A stretch of DNA of 64,000 nt from Cyanophora paradoxa CCMP329 (GCA_004431415.1 QPMI01000029.1:124001-188000); one strand, 5' to 3'. Shown: positions 37,142 to 48,218, counted from the stretch's first letter. Notes: a model not told the origin generated them from the sequence alone. Program-made: numbers and translations.

Positions 37142-39068
37142 TTTTTTTTTTGAGAGACTACGGTGGGGCGAACCCCCCGTAGGTAGTGATATTAAAGACA
37201 ACAAAGCAATCACAAATCAAAGATACAGTAAACTAGCACAAAATATATACAGAATCAAGAGGGATCACGAGAAGGGACACGATCAGAAGAACGCAAAAGA
37301 TAAGGAGAACGAGCACGAGGAGAAGGAGTAGAAGAGCTCAAGGGCGTCGATGCAGAAGTACTAGTCACACTAGAACGACGAGGAGCACGGGGACGCAGCA
37401 AATAAGGAGAACGAGCACGAGGAACTACAGTCGAAGACGAAGATCTAGACGAAGACGACAAGACAGAGCTAACAGCAGAACTAGAAGACGTAGTCGCAGG
37501 AGGCAAAGGCGGTAGAACAGTAGGAGAGGCGAAACGTAGGACACCACTAGAGGGGAAAGTCGAAGCTGGCGGAGTGTCTAAACGGAATCGAGATTGTAGA
37601 GTTGGTAAAACAATGGACGGCTGAAGACTAATCTGAGGAACTGGGGACGACACGAGGAAAGGGGCAGAGCTCGGGTGCAGACTCGGAATCGGCAGTATAA
37701 GAGGAGGGGCGAAACGCAAGCCAGTAGTGACAGGGAAGGCAGACGATGGGGCTGAACCAGGCGGGAGAGGCAAATATAGCGAAGTAGAAGAGAGAGAAGG
37801 GTACACACGAGGAACGTCACCATACACAAAATACTCGCTGCCAAAAACTATACGGTCTGACGGTCGCTGAAGATAAAGAGGCGGAACTGCCTGAGGGCTA
37901 ACAGTGAGAGATGGAGGAGGAAGAGGCAGAGCTAACGACAAAGGGAACGGAATCAAAGGTACAGGGAAGGCATGGAATACACGAGGAACTGGAAGGTGGA
38001 GGGGCCAGTGCTCCTAACTAACATCGATGAAGCATCTGATGGAGGTGACGGCAAAACAACTGAGGGTAAACTAAGTTGAGGTGAAGCGAAGATTGATACA
38101 AGACTATCATGAATCAAAGGGGGCCATGCAGGAACCGGCGGGCGAGGTGGATCTGGCGGGACAGCCAGAGGGGAAGCCGAAGGTACAGGAGAGGAAAGCC
38201 GCAGGCGCCGAGACACATGGACAGGGGACGGATCGGCATCGGGAGGCAAGGTTGAATTCGACGGAGACCGGGGGCGGCGGATTCGTGAAACGGAAGGTAT
38301 CAGAGAAGGACTAGGGGGGGCAGGGAAGTACGGAGCCGCTGAGCAGGTGGCGACGGTGAGGGTGCAGGGGAGCGAATCCGTCGCAAAGTCGGAACAGGCT
38401 GACGGGGCTCGGCATATGTAGCCGCAGCTGCAGGAGCTGGAGCAAGCACTGGGGGTGCCGGATCCGGAGACTGGAGGCGGGGGCGCTGGGCAGGAGGCAC
38501 AGGATCTGGAGGATTCTCTGAACTAGAGGGGGTTCGAGGTCGGCGAACGCCACGGGCGTTAGCAGGATGTTTATCAGCCCGAACATGACGGTCACGATCA
38601 GCAGAAGACTGAAAGTTCTTCCCACAAATAGGGCATATTAATGTGGAGGCAGAAGCGGCGCTAGCGCTAGCATCGGCAGACGAGCTCAAACGAGAACTCG
38701 AGGGAGCCGGGACCGAAGCTGTATCAGCGCTAGCAGATGGCCTCGCAATGTGCTGAACTTGAGGATTCACGCCGACGCCATTAACTGTAGCAGCAGGCCT
38801 AGGGGTAGCGACTGCAGGGGGGCCCGGGACCGCGACTGCTGGGGGGCCCGAGCGCTGTAGAGGGATAGCTCCGCGCACAGAAAAGAAGCTCGCATCAAAA
38901 ATAGATTGAGGGGGGCTAGGGCGGTCACGTGACTCAGGGTTTGAACCATCGTAATCAGAGCCCTCCCCTAAATGCCGTAAACGAAGAAGCTCAATGCGCT
39001 CGACAGCAGGAGGCAACGTAATCTCGAGAATATCCAGAAAACGTTTCCACAGGTTTAGCAGAGCATTA
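37142..39068 (-). mobile_element. 5'-truncated non-LTR retrotransposon (1.93 kb) with poly(A), 16-bp TSD and a frameshifted ~600-aa ORF remnant containing a C2H2 finger
   Basis: ACGGATTCTTATTATA at 37,126-37,141 and 39,069-39,084; T-run at the left end. ORFs 38,300-39,016, 37,953-38,249 and 37,255-37,956 join through two single-base shifts. C2H2 finger CPICGKNF..SADRDRHVRADKH. Confidence 0.88.
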
Positions 39069-39737
39069 ACGGATTCTTATTATAGACGAGCGAGCTGATT
39101 CGTCTAACTAAAACTATCATTAATAATATTACCGGTTGTAGTCAACTTGCCAGTTGTAGGCTTGCAGCTCTCTCTCTATATAGTATATATATACATATTT
39201 ATATTTTATATATATAGACGGGGCCCGGGGCCGCTGGTTGGCTGGTTTTGGACTTTTAGGCTGGCCCGGCCCAGCCCCCGGATTTGTCGGCCAGCAGGGC
39301 CAGCCCTTTTCCGAAGTTCGGCTTCGTTCGACGGCCAGCTGGTCGGCGACGCTGGCTGGGGGGCTGGCTCGGGGCTAGAAGTGGGGCCTAGCCTCGATGC
39401 GGCCTAGCCTGGTCACTGAGCAGTGCACCCGCGGGCCGGGTGATCATGATCATGTCAGTACTGAGCAATCACACCACGGCGGACGGCGGGTCGACGTCGT
39501 CATCTCCCGGGATTACAAATTTGCCCGGATAGGTCCAGCCAGGCGCCGGCAGGAAGCGTCATCTCCAGCGGGCCCCGTGCACGTGCGGCGCGCCCAGCAG
39601 CCCACCCCTTCCCCGGCCCGGCCCCCACACCTCAGACCACTTCCAGGAAACTGATAACTTTAGTATGCGCGTTCAATATTATTGCGGGCTTCGGACGCGA
39701 CGGGCAATATTATTACGATCGGAAGAACGACGACCTG

Positions 39738-42700
39738 CTATGAATGACGACCGGAAGAACGCGCGGAATGCGCGGTGCCGGCACATCGGGGGCTCGCGCT
39801 TGGAGACGGGGTCCTCGTGCCAGCCGCCGAGGCGGGCGGCCGCAGATCCGCCGCCCCGCGGGCCCCGCCCGGCGTCTCCACGACCAGGTCGAAGTGCCCT
39901 CCGTCGAATTCGAAGACCGACGACGGCCGCGAGACGGCGATGGACGGGGCGGGGGACAAGCCTGCAGCTCCCGAGAACGCGCCCGGGGCGGGCGGCGGCG
40001 CCAGCGTGTCGCGACTGACGGAGACCGACAGCTGCAGCCGGCCGAGCCTGTCCCTCAAGGCGTCCGCCAGAGGGCGGTTGGGCTGAGTTCTTCCTCCGTC
40101 CGAATCGCCGCTATCGTGAGCTGCTGGTCCGTGGCGAACTCCACCGAAGTCGGCCGCGACGTGAGCTGCCGAATTATTTTGACCTCCTCCAGTACCCGCG
40201 TTCAAAGCAGCACCATCCCATAGAGGCAGCACGCCAGCGGGCCGCGGCCGGTCGGTGAGTCTCGACGATGCCGCTCGAAGCTCCTCCGCTTCCCACTCTA
40301 GAGGGCGCCTCGCTTGGCCCTGCTGGTACCCCGGCCTGTCGGGCTCGAGCTGCTCGTCTTCGGCGCCGTCGTCGTCCTCGCCCGTCTCCGAGTCTCCCCC
40401 GAGATCCACATCTCCCGCACCAATGTCCGCTGGTTTTGCGTCGACGTCCGATGGACGGCTGATCGTGAGGGGCGAGGCGATCCACGGCATAACCTTCCGG
40501 AGCTTCTCGAAAACCTGCAGCGCATGTTAATTTGACGCAGCGTCGCCCGCGAAACCAAAAGGACACAGGCGCACTCGCTCTTCGCCAAAAAGATAGAGCA
40601 AGATGAGAGTAATGACGAAGGCAATGTTTGAAATAAATCCGACAGCGGCAACAAAATTCTTCTGCTCCTCGGAAAGACCTGCATCGGGGAAAAGGAAACT
40701 TCCACTACAAATGGGAACGAATGAGCATTCAAGTACTTGATGAATGAACGTGAATGCAAAAAATAGTCGACGCACAGCCAAATCGTGACAAGTGCGCCCA
40801 TTTGACAGGCGACATCAACGCTGCCGATTCGAACGTTGGAGCGCGGTTGAATTCTCATATGCAGAATCAATCCCATAAAAAGAACGAGTTCTCCCATCAA
40901 CAGCTGCACGGCTGGCCTGCGCATTCGAATGCGCAGGCTTCAGCAAGCGAACGTATCGAGCACTCCGAGGCTAGCTCTATCTGGCGAATTCGAAACGCAC
41001 CGATCGCTAAAAACTGCCATGCAGACAGCGAGAGCCGTCTTCTGAATCATCGACACAAAGGCGAACCAGAACCGCTCGCGCTTATAACCCTGCTCGAGCG
41101 ATTAGTTTGACACACCCGGCGAATCAAGACTGCAGCTTCAAAATTTGCATCCGAGCAGACCCTGTACAGGAACGAAAAGTAGAGGCGGAACTCGCGGTCT
41201 TGGTCGTCGCGGATCCGGTCGCGGTAGAACCAGAGGAAGACAGCCGTGCCAGCCGGGACTCCAACGCCGTAAAGTCTGCACCATAAAGAACGCATTGGAG
41301 TCCGACTAAATAATACAATAAGACTTTAATGCAGACTTAAGGGGCTTATAATAAGCTTAAGACTATTTAATAGCGGCTATAATGCAGACTTTAATCATGC
41401 AGACTTTAATGCAGACTATAATGCTATAGTCTTGCATTATAGCCGTTATTGCACGAAAGAGCAAAATAAAACTCGAGTGATGAAGAAGCGATCGGACTAA
41501 CATGAGGAAAGGCACGTCGACGCCGTAAATCCAGCCACGATACTCCGCGGATGAGCAGTCGACGCTGGGATCGCGCGACAGCAGAGATACGCCCCCTCCC
41601 ACGTTTACGCAGCCTGCGGCGCAACGGAGGACGTCAAGTCTACGAGGGGCGTGGTTAACGTGAGCGGAATGCACCGAAGAGCGACGTGAGCTTGCTGATG
41701 ATCATCGGCTGGAAGAAGAAGACGAGAACAATGGCTCCGACGACGTAGATGTGCTTGGCGTTCTGCCAGAACCCGCTCTTGCGCAGGTCCATCTCCGCCA
41801 CTGCCTCCATCATGGCGTCCGCATCATCGTCAGGTTTGCTTGCGCTTCCAGCTGCAGACTTGATGCGTTTTACTGCCGCGGCCGGCTTCTTTGCGTCGCC
41901 TTCCGCCGAAACCGTCCCGGTTCCGCCTTTCGCCGATAATTTGAGAGCGCGCCGTATCCACTGCGTCAGCGGCCTGAAGATCGCGGATCCCCATCGAATT
42001 ACGTGCTTCGATGCAACGTGCATCAACGGAACGAGTAGAGCGATCAAAAACGGTAGAACTGAATCGAAACAGCAGTCAGTATTTCAACGCGCCAAGGGAG
42101 CAGAGTATAGAAACTGGAGCCGCACAGAGAGCCGCCATCGGGAGCAGAATATAGAAACTGAAATGAAGAAAACGTGCCATCAGGTGAAAGAATGTCTGTG
42201 TACGTAAATGCAATATAAATATATAATTGCGCGCACAGGAGCTTCGCGAAGACTGGACGGATTCCAGAGTGTCCCTCTCTCGTCAATCCGAGTATGCAGT
42301 CGAGATTGACGACGCGTTCCATTGGAGAGACCATAGCCTCTTCCGCCCCGAGGAGGCCGTTCAGCACCGACGGCCACCGGACGGAGAGGCCTTTCGAGAG
42401 AGTGATGAGTTGCAGATAATCGAGCAGGATCTGGAGAAAGATGCCGCGCTTCTCGTCATCGTCCGTGTTGCTCGCGTCCTTGATTGTCGTCCACGTAATG
42501 TACCTGTGTATTGGATCCGTCAGTACTATAACGAAGACAAGAATTCGGTAGTACAGACCCCGCGAAAAGCAGGAACGCCAGCGCCACTAGGAACCCTATA
42601 ACGGCAGAAGCGGCCGGGGACATGCACTCCGTGCAGGCGTAGTCTCCTGAATTCGAAGGCAACGCAAGACGCTTAATGAGCAGAGATCGGGCAGAGCGCA

Positions 42701-44533
42701 ATGGCCTGAAACAAACAAATAAGCAAGCACCAGCTCGTCCGAATCCATTCACACAGACCCCGCACAATTGCCCTTCGTATCCGTTGTTGCACTTGGACAC
42801 GTAGGGACTTTCTGTATCCACTAGGAATGCCAGCAGGTTCCGTCGCGCAGCTGCAGTACAAAGGGAAGTATTCTGACCTCCAGCTCCACTCGAATCCGAC
42901 GCGTTTCGAGGACACGTGTCGTTAGAAAGTAAAAACGTGCTTGAGCTCACGATCGAGGCTGGTGGCAAGCCCCCGAGACAGCTCTCCTTTCCGTTCAGAC
43001 ACTCTATGAAAACGTTCGGGTCGTATGTGCTCTGGAACCAGCCCCTGCAGATATATATCAGCACGTAGAAAAACAATTGCTGCCGGCGTCGCAAGCTTAA
43101 GCTTGCGAACAGAACACTGGCATACTCTTTTGCGTAAAGTTTTGCGCCGCCATCGCAAATGGCGCCTTCAGGGCATCGACGGCAAGCCGCGTCCTGCGGG
43201 TTGAGGCTGTAGAAATTGGGCCCACTGCGAAAGGACAGCTTTTAAAACATGTGTTGTAAAGAAGAACGCTTCACAATTCGAACGAACCACTCGCTGCAAA
43301 TCCTGGCCGCCTTGTCGAGGATTTCGCCAGGAATGCACTCTCGCAGGAAGACAGAGAGCGGGGCCGGTTGCAGCGGCCGATCCGCGACCGAGAAGCTCAG
43401 ATTGTACGCCGCGCCCGGCATCTCGATTAGGCGGACGTCAGAGAGAAAGGCAACGCCGTTCAGCGTGGCGTTTGTAGTCGTTCCTGTGTACATGCGATCG
43501 CGAGTTGAGTCAGACATCAGCTTGTTAAGCATCGAGACGCTTAAGGCTTGTACGCGACGCGCACCTGTCAACGAGGTCGATGTGCTCGTTGTTGAGATTT
43601 GAATGAACGATCCAGAATCCGCCACGATGGAACTGCATGATTATCTTCAGGATTCGGCAAGAGAGATCTTTAATTTGCACGTGCACGAACCCGTAGGCAT
43701 CCTTCATCGTCACCTCGAAAACAATGGACTTGCCGCTCGCTACGTCAACGGGCTGGGACCGAAGCTCCGGCACGATGCGTTCGGTCGGCGTGGCGCATGC
43801 GGAGCCGTATGCCGCCGCGTTCTCCGAGTAGGCGGTGCACGCATGTGAAGAGAATCCCGTGCACACGGAGAGGTCCGGTGTGTTTACGTACACTCCGCCC
43901 CCGCCGACTTGAGCGCGGTTCATGAGGACAGAAGAATTCGATAACGACGCGCCGCCGCACGCGTCTTTCTCAATAAACAGTCCGGCGCCAAGCGATGCTG
44001 CGTTTTGCCTTACTGCGATGGAGTCTAGGCTCATGTTGCCTCGTTTGACGAACACGGCTCCTCCTCTCACTGCAGTGTTGTTCAAGAGCGTGCAGAAGGT
44101 CAGCTTCAATACTGCACTGCTCGCGGCATGCACTCCCCCGCCCTCAGCTGCGCCCTTCATTCAATACTTCGCCCCGGTGCAGGTTTCGGGGGCCATGGCC
44201 ACTCACTCGCGGTATTCGCCTCCAGCAAAGTCTCGTGCAAGAACAGCTGCCCGTCGGCCTCCGTCCCAACTGCGCCTCCCCGGCCCCGAGCCGCATTCTC
44301 CTTCAGGGTCGATGCCGAAATCCAGACCGAAGAGTGTCCGGCGGCGTACACTCCCGCAGCGTCCCCTACAGCCGCCTGCCCCTCCAACAGCGTCGGAAAA
44401 CCTGCACGATTTCCGGTAATGCTGCTGCCGTCGATTCGAACCGCTGCGTGTCGGTCTGCTGCAACGCCGCCCCCCGACACTCCAGCGACGCAGGCCGAAA
44501 CGCTTGATCGAGAAAGCAGCAGATGCACGCGGT
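39738..44533 (-). CDS. Polymorphic-membrane-protein/pectin-lyase-repeat, Cys-rich, multi-pass membrane protein; 5' part cut off by the viral insertion
   Basis: N.A..GG(A/G)V beta-helix repeats (ENAARGRGGAV, NNTAVRGGAVFV, NRAQVGGGGVY). LRECIPGE, CRRCPEGAICDGG, CNNGYEGQLCGVC. Several TM exons (IVLVFFFQPMII, YGVGVPAGTAVFLW, FSFLY, LILHMRIQP). The reading frame is open up to the junction at 44,533. Confidence 0.8.
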
Positions 44534-44816
44534 ACACATAGTAAAATGCGGAGTTTTAACCCTCGGCTTATCTTAATTGATTTTGTTGATATATCTCGTA
44601 TATTCTATTTCAATCAATCGATAATCTGTGTATATCTTATCGAATATTCATTTATTTCGATTATTTTGTATTCTTTTCGATATTTTATCGTAAATTTCTC
44701 TTATTTTCCGATTAGTCTTACTGAGTCTATCGATAATCTGTATATATTTCCGAATAATATAACTGAATTTCAATTAGATCTTGCCTCTGGTTAAAACTCC
44801 GCATTTTACTATGTGT
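44534..44816. repeat. Terminal hairpin: perfect 28-bp inverted repeat closing a ~227-bp imperfect AT-rich palindrome
   Basis: ACACATAGTAAAATGCGGAGTTTTAACC (44,534-44,561) is the reverse complement of 44,789-44,816; the inner arms keep pairing with many mismatches. Confidence 0.95.
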
Positions 44817-45058
44817 GATTGGTCTGTTTGTTTAATTCTTTTAATCGATATTATATTCATGTACTTTCTCGATTAAATTTAATTAAATTTAATTCATTTA
44901 ATCGGAAATATATCGCTAAACTCGATTAAGATCCATAAATGATTCATTTGTTAAATAAAATAAATCGATCTCTTATTGAATTCAATCGTAATTATACATG
45001 AAATTGATATGTTTTTATCATGTTTTAATGATTCTAAGGGGGGACCCTTAGAAAATTG

Positions 45059-45402
45059 GGTGTCACAGGTGTCACAGGTGTCACAGGTCAATCCCAAACT
45101 TTTGATAGTTGATTTTTATATATGTGAAAACTTTGGGATAGACCTGTGACACCTGTGAACAACACCATTTATGGTAAGATCCTCTTTTATAATGAAAAAC
45201 TCAGTAACAATAAGTAAGAAGTTTATCTATGTAATTCTACTTGAATAAACAAATGAAATAATCGAGTGTCACAGGTGTCACAGGTCCATCCCAAACTTTT
45301 GAGAGTTCATTTTTATGCTATAGAAAACTTTGGGATAGACCTGTGACACCTGTGACACAAACCATATTCAGTAAGGACCTCATATATTGTGAAAATCTCA
45401 GT
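45059..45402. promoter_or_regulatory. Two tandem copies of an iteron palindrome (GTGTCACAG)2-3 - AT spacer - (CTGTGACAC)2; putative replication origin
   Basis: Copies at 45,059-45,158 and 45,266-45,358 within a ~200-bp tandem unit; third copy at 62,036-62,152. Confidence 0.7.
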
Positions 45403-45789
45403 GTTAGTTGGTGTAGTTGATTCAAAAAATGCATTTTATACTCTGATTCATTGTTATTTCCTGTGAAATTTGAGTCAACTCAACCCACTTAGTCAACCCT
45501 TGCATTGAATTCGTAACAAAATCCATATACTATCGATTAATATGAGTCAACCTTGAGTCCACTTTAATTATAGGGGGAATCTAGGGCAGATGCTGAGGTT
45601 TTAGTGTAAGGAAATCGAATAGTATTCGAAATACTTGACATTGCTTAATGTAGGGTGCATTCATATTTCGGCTATATCATACAGTATAATTTCTATCGTA
45701 AAGAATGACCGGAATCCGGAAAATAATCATTGTATAAAGCTATTGTAATAAAAAAGGTAAATTACCCTGTTTATCATTATAGAAACTCA

Positions 45790-46188
45790 TCAAAACGGGA
45801 ATCTATCATGTTTATGTCTCTCAGTCTTCTCAAATGTTAAGAAATTCATTGTTTTATCGATCTCATCAGCAACTGATTGTGTTTTATGCTGAGCTTCTTT
45901 ACCACAACTGAATATATCAATTGCTAACATGCCTTCATTGGAATAACAATGAGCTGTGCAATGGCTTTCATCTAACAGCAGAACCAAAGCAAAACCAGGA
46001 GGTGATAGTTTGCCATCAAATATCTCACAATGCTTATGAACAATCCTAATACCTTGTCTCAATACTGCTTGTTCAAGGGTTCCCATAATCCAATTACCTA
46101 GGAAGCTAACATGCTCATAACCTGTTGCTATAGCTGATTTAGCCTTGTAATCAAGCATAACATGAAAGCCTCTGTATTTAGTCTCCAT
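45790..46188 (-). CDS. speD: S-adenosylmethionine decarboxylase proenzyme (prokaryotic class 1B type, pyruvoyl-dependent) or neofunctionalised homolog
   Basis: 132 aa; G.H.MLD, GF..VLLLDESHCTAH (E|S autocleavage motif), LAIDIFSCG. Confidence 0.85.
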   Translation of the reverse strand: METKYRGFHVMLDYKAKSAIATGYEHVSFLGNWIMGTLEQAVLRQGIRIVHKHCEIFDGKLSPPGFALVLLLDESHCTAHCYSNEGMLAIDIFSCGKEAQHKTQSVADEIDKTMNFLTFEKTERHKHDRFPF

Positions 46189-46211
46189 TAAGAATACCTT
46201 AGAAAAATTAA

Positions 46212-46484
46212 CTAGTCAAACCTAATGCAAATATCCCTATACTCTACTCTGATTGATGAAGTAGCTCTTTTCCTGTGTGCTTGACTCTTTCTTTTGTTAC
46301 AGTCCCTACACCCTGATCCCTTCACATGATTAAAGGGATAGGTAAGGATCACTTTATTACACTGCAAACATCTCACAGATACTTTCTCTTGAGCTTTGAT
46401 GTAATGTGTCTCACTGTAATCGAATTTATCTTTACCATGAACTGTCATAGCAGCATCAATAAACTTTTTTGTTTTACTATCCAT
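46212..46484 (-). CDS. DUF723-like zinc-binding protein (repeat typical of viral homing-endonuclease-like proteins)
   Basis: FI..A..VHG.DKFDYS...Y..AQEKVSVRC..C.......NHVKGSGCRDC. Confidence 0.7.
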   Translation of the reverse strand: MDSKTKKFIDAAMTVHGKDKFDYSETHYIKAQEKVSVRCLQCNKVILTYPFNHVKGSGCRDCNKRKSQAHRKRATSSIRVEYRDICIRFD

Positions 46485-46506
46485 ACTCTATATATAATCA
46501 ATATTC

Positions 46507-47340
46507 TTATGGAGCAGTATCCTGTCCAAAAATGGGGAAATATCGATTTGTGCCATAATACTCAGCATAGGTATTCTGCCTTGCAATAAAATCGGTTCTC
46601 TCAGCATATAATACACACTTGTAGATACCAAACTTGGTGGCTCTAACCAGAAACTGATAATCTTCCAAACCAAAATTGACTCCATGATAAGCAATTCCGA
46701 AATTATCATATGGGGTGATCACAACAGCAAAATTAGGAGTTCCACCCTCTACTTGACATACAGCATATACATCTGGTGGGATATCCACAACTACCTTGTA
46801 GTGGTCACCAATTTCAACAAGAGAGTCTACTACTGCTGTTTGTTCATTTACAACAATGGGGAATATCTTTATAATGTATGGGGCATTCATGCTGGGGACA
46901 TAGGTTCGAATTCTTGTGTTAGGATCAATGGGATTGGGTTGATCATTCACAAATAGAGGCGCTCCAACAGCCCCACCAACCCTAAGACCATCACCAATAT
47001 AAGCTCCCCCCGATTTGCAGTTAATAGCTCCCGACCTAGATTCAAAAGAATAAGTAGACAGAGGATCTCCATAGCTATCTGGGTCTCCATAATGAGCAGA
47101 GAAGTTTGCATTGGTAACAAGTAGCTTAGTTGTCTTAACTATTCCATTATTTTTATCACATCTGAGTTCCTGTAATCTCAGTTTATGGGTGGAACCAAAG
47201 GTGTTCATTGTAGGTTGGACCTCTGTTGATTGGAGACCCTCTACATCATCAAAAGTAGCATGCTGCAGAACATGGTTTGCTGGTGCAGCTAATGATAGCT
47301 GAGGTGTAATAATTCGTTCAAGTGGGGGTTGCTCAGCCAT
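46507..47340 (-). CDS. Putative virion fibre/spike protein, paralog A
   Basis: 277 aa; shaft-like GGAYIGDGLRVGG; C-terminal VITPYDNFGIAY...YKCVLYAERTD resembles head domains of viral fibre-like proteins; clearly similar to the next ORF. Confidence 0.55.
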   Translation of the reverse strand: MAEQPPLERIITPQLSLAAPANHVLQHATFDDVEGLQSTEVQPTMNTFGSTHKLRLQELRCDKNNGIVKTTKLLVTNANFSAHYGDPDSYGDPLSTYSFESRSGAINCKSGGAYIGDGLRVGGAVGAPLFVNDQPNPIDPNTRIRTYVPSMNAPYIIKIFPIVVNEQTAVVDSLVEIGDHYKVVVDIPPDVYAVCQVEGGTPNFAVVITPYDNFGIAYHGVNFGLEDYQFLVRATKFGIYKCVLYAERTDFIARQNTYAEYYGTNRYFPIFGQDTAP

Positions 47341-47363
47341 TTTACATTAAAGGGATATATCTT

Positions 47364-48218
47364 TTATGGGGTCGGGTCATCAATAATATCTGGCTCCGCA
47401 TAGAATCCGGTTGTGAAGATATCAGCAACATTTACCCCACGAAGTGCTGATACAGCTGCTATATCTGTTCTCAGTCCCATAATCATAGTATTGTATACTC
47501 CAACCTCAGTGACAAACAGATCATAGGTAAATGTCAAATTGTTATAAACACAATATCCTCTGCCAAAATGGTTCGAAGCTTGAACAAAGAATAAGTAGTT
47601 GTGTCCTGGTTGATTATTATTGGCTCTACACATGGAAAGCATTGCAGTGGGAAGAGGAATATTTCTTCTTACTCGATCAGTTCCTGTAATGGAAACTAAT
47701 TCCGAATTCTCAAGAGTTACAGAGGATGCAACATAGAAATGCAAAAAAGGTTGCTGTGCAACAGGTGTGTAGAAACGAATTCGTTGTGGGTTCTCCACAT
47801 TTTGTTCGAGAGTATCTGGGACATCATTGTAGGAAACAGATGAAGATAGCTGACCTGAAACTCTGCAGCCACCACCAATAAATGCTCCTCCTGATCTCAC
47901 AGTTACAGCAGCAGTGTTTTTATCATAATCAAGGGCTTTCAGATCAACACTGTAAGCATCAGGACCTCCATTAGTAGGCTGAAAGAAGTTAGCATTTGTG
48001 ACAAGAAGTCGAGTTGTTTTAACCACACCAGAATTCTTATCAGCTCTCAGCTCTTTAACTCGAATAATCGAATTTTTATCAAAGGAGTTGCCATTGGAAT
48101 TGGGTCTCTCTGTGGATTCTAAACCACGAACCTCATCATTTACTTCATGCTGGCGAAAATGCATTGCAGGGGATCCAAGGGAATATATAGGCAGTTGAAC
48201 TCGATTATATTCACCCAT
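47364..48218 (-). CDS. Putative virion fibre/spike protein, paralog B
   Basis: Shares ELR.DKN.G.VKTT.LLVTNANF and SGGA.IG.G.RV.G with paralog A; HFGRGY...YNTMIMGLRTD. ATG at 48,218 follows a TAAAAG motif. Confidence 0.55.
   Translation of the reverse strand: MGEYNRVQLPIYSLGSPAMHFRQHEVNDEVRGLESTERPNSNGNSFDKNSIIRVKELRADKNSGVVKTTRLLVTNANFFQPTNGGPDAYSVDLKALDYDKNTAAVTVRSGGAFIGGGCRVSGQLSSSVSYNDVPDTLEQNVENPQRIRFYTPVAQQPFLHFYVASSVTLENSELVSITGTDRVRRNIPLPTAMLSMCRANNNQPGHNYLFFVQASNHFGRGYCVYNNLTFTYDLFVTEVGVYNTMIMGLRTDIAAVSALRGVNVADIFTTGFYAEPDIIDDPTP

Noticed and set aside
41320-41440. TAATGCAGACTT repeats
   Set aside because: Short intronic tandem repeat with no sign of function.
44534-44816. Independent MITE at the host-virus junction
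   Set aside because: No target-site duplication (GGT left, GAT right), and composition is continuous with the viral terminus; disfavoured but not excluded without a genome-wide search.
45059-45358. Repeats with spacers as a CRISPR array
   Set aside because: The units are 9-bp tandem iterons in inverted arrangement with homologous spacers; there are no unique spacers and no cas genes.
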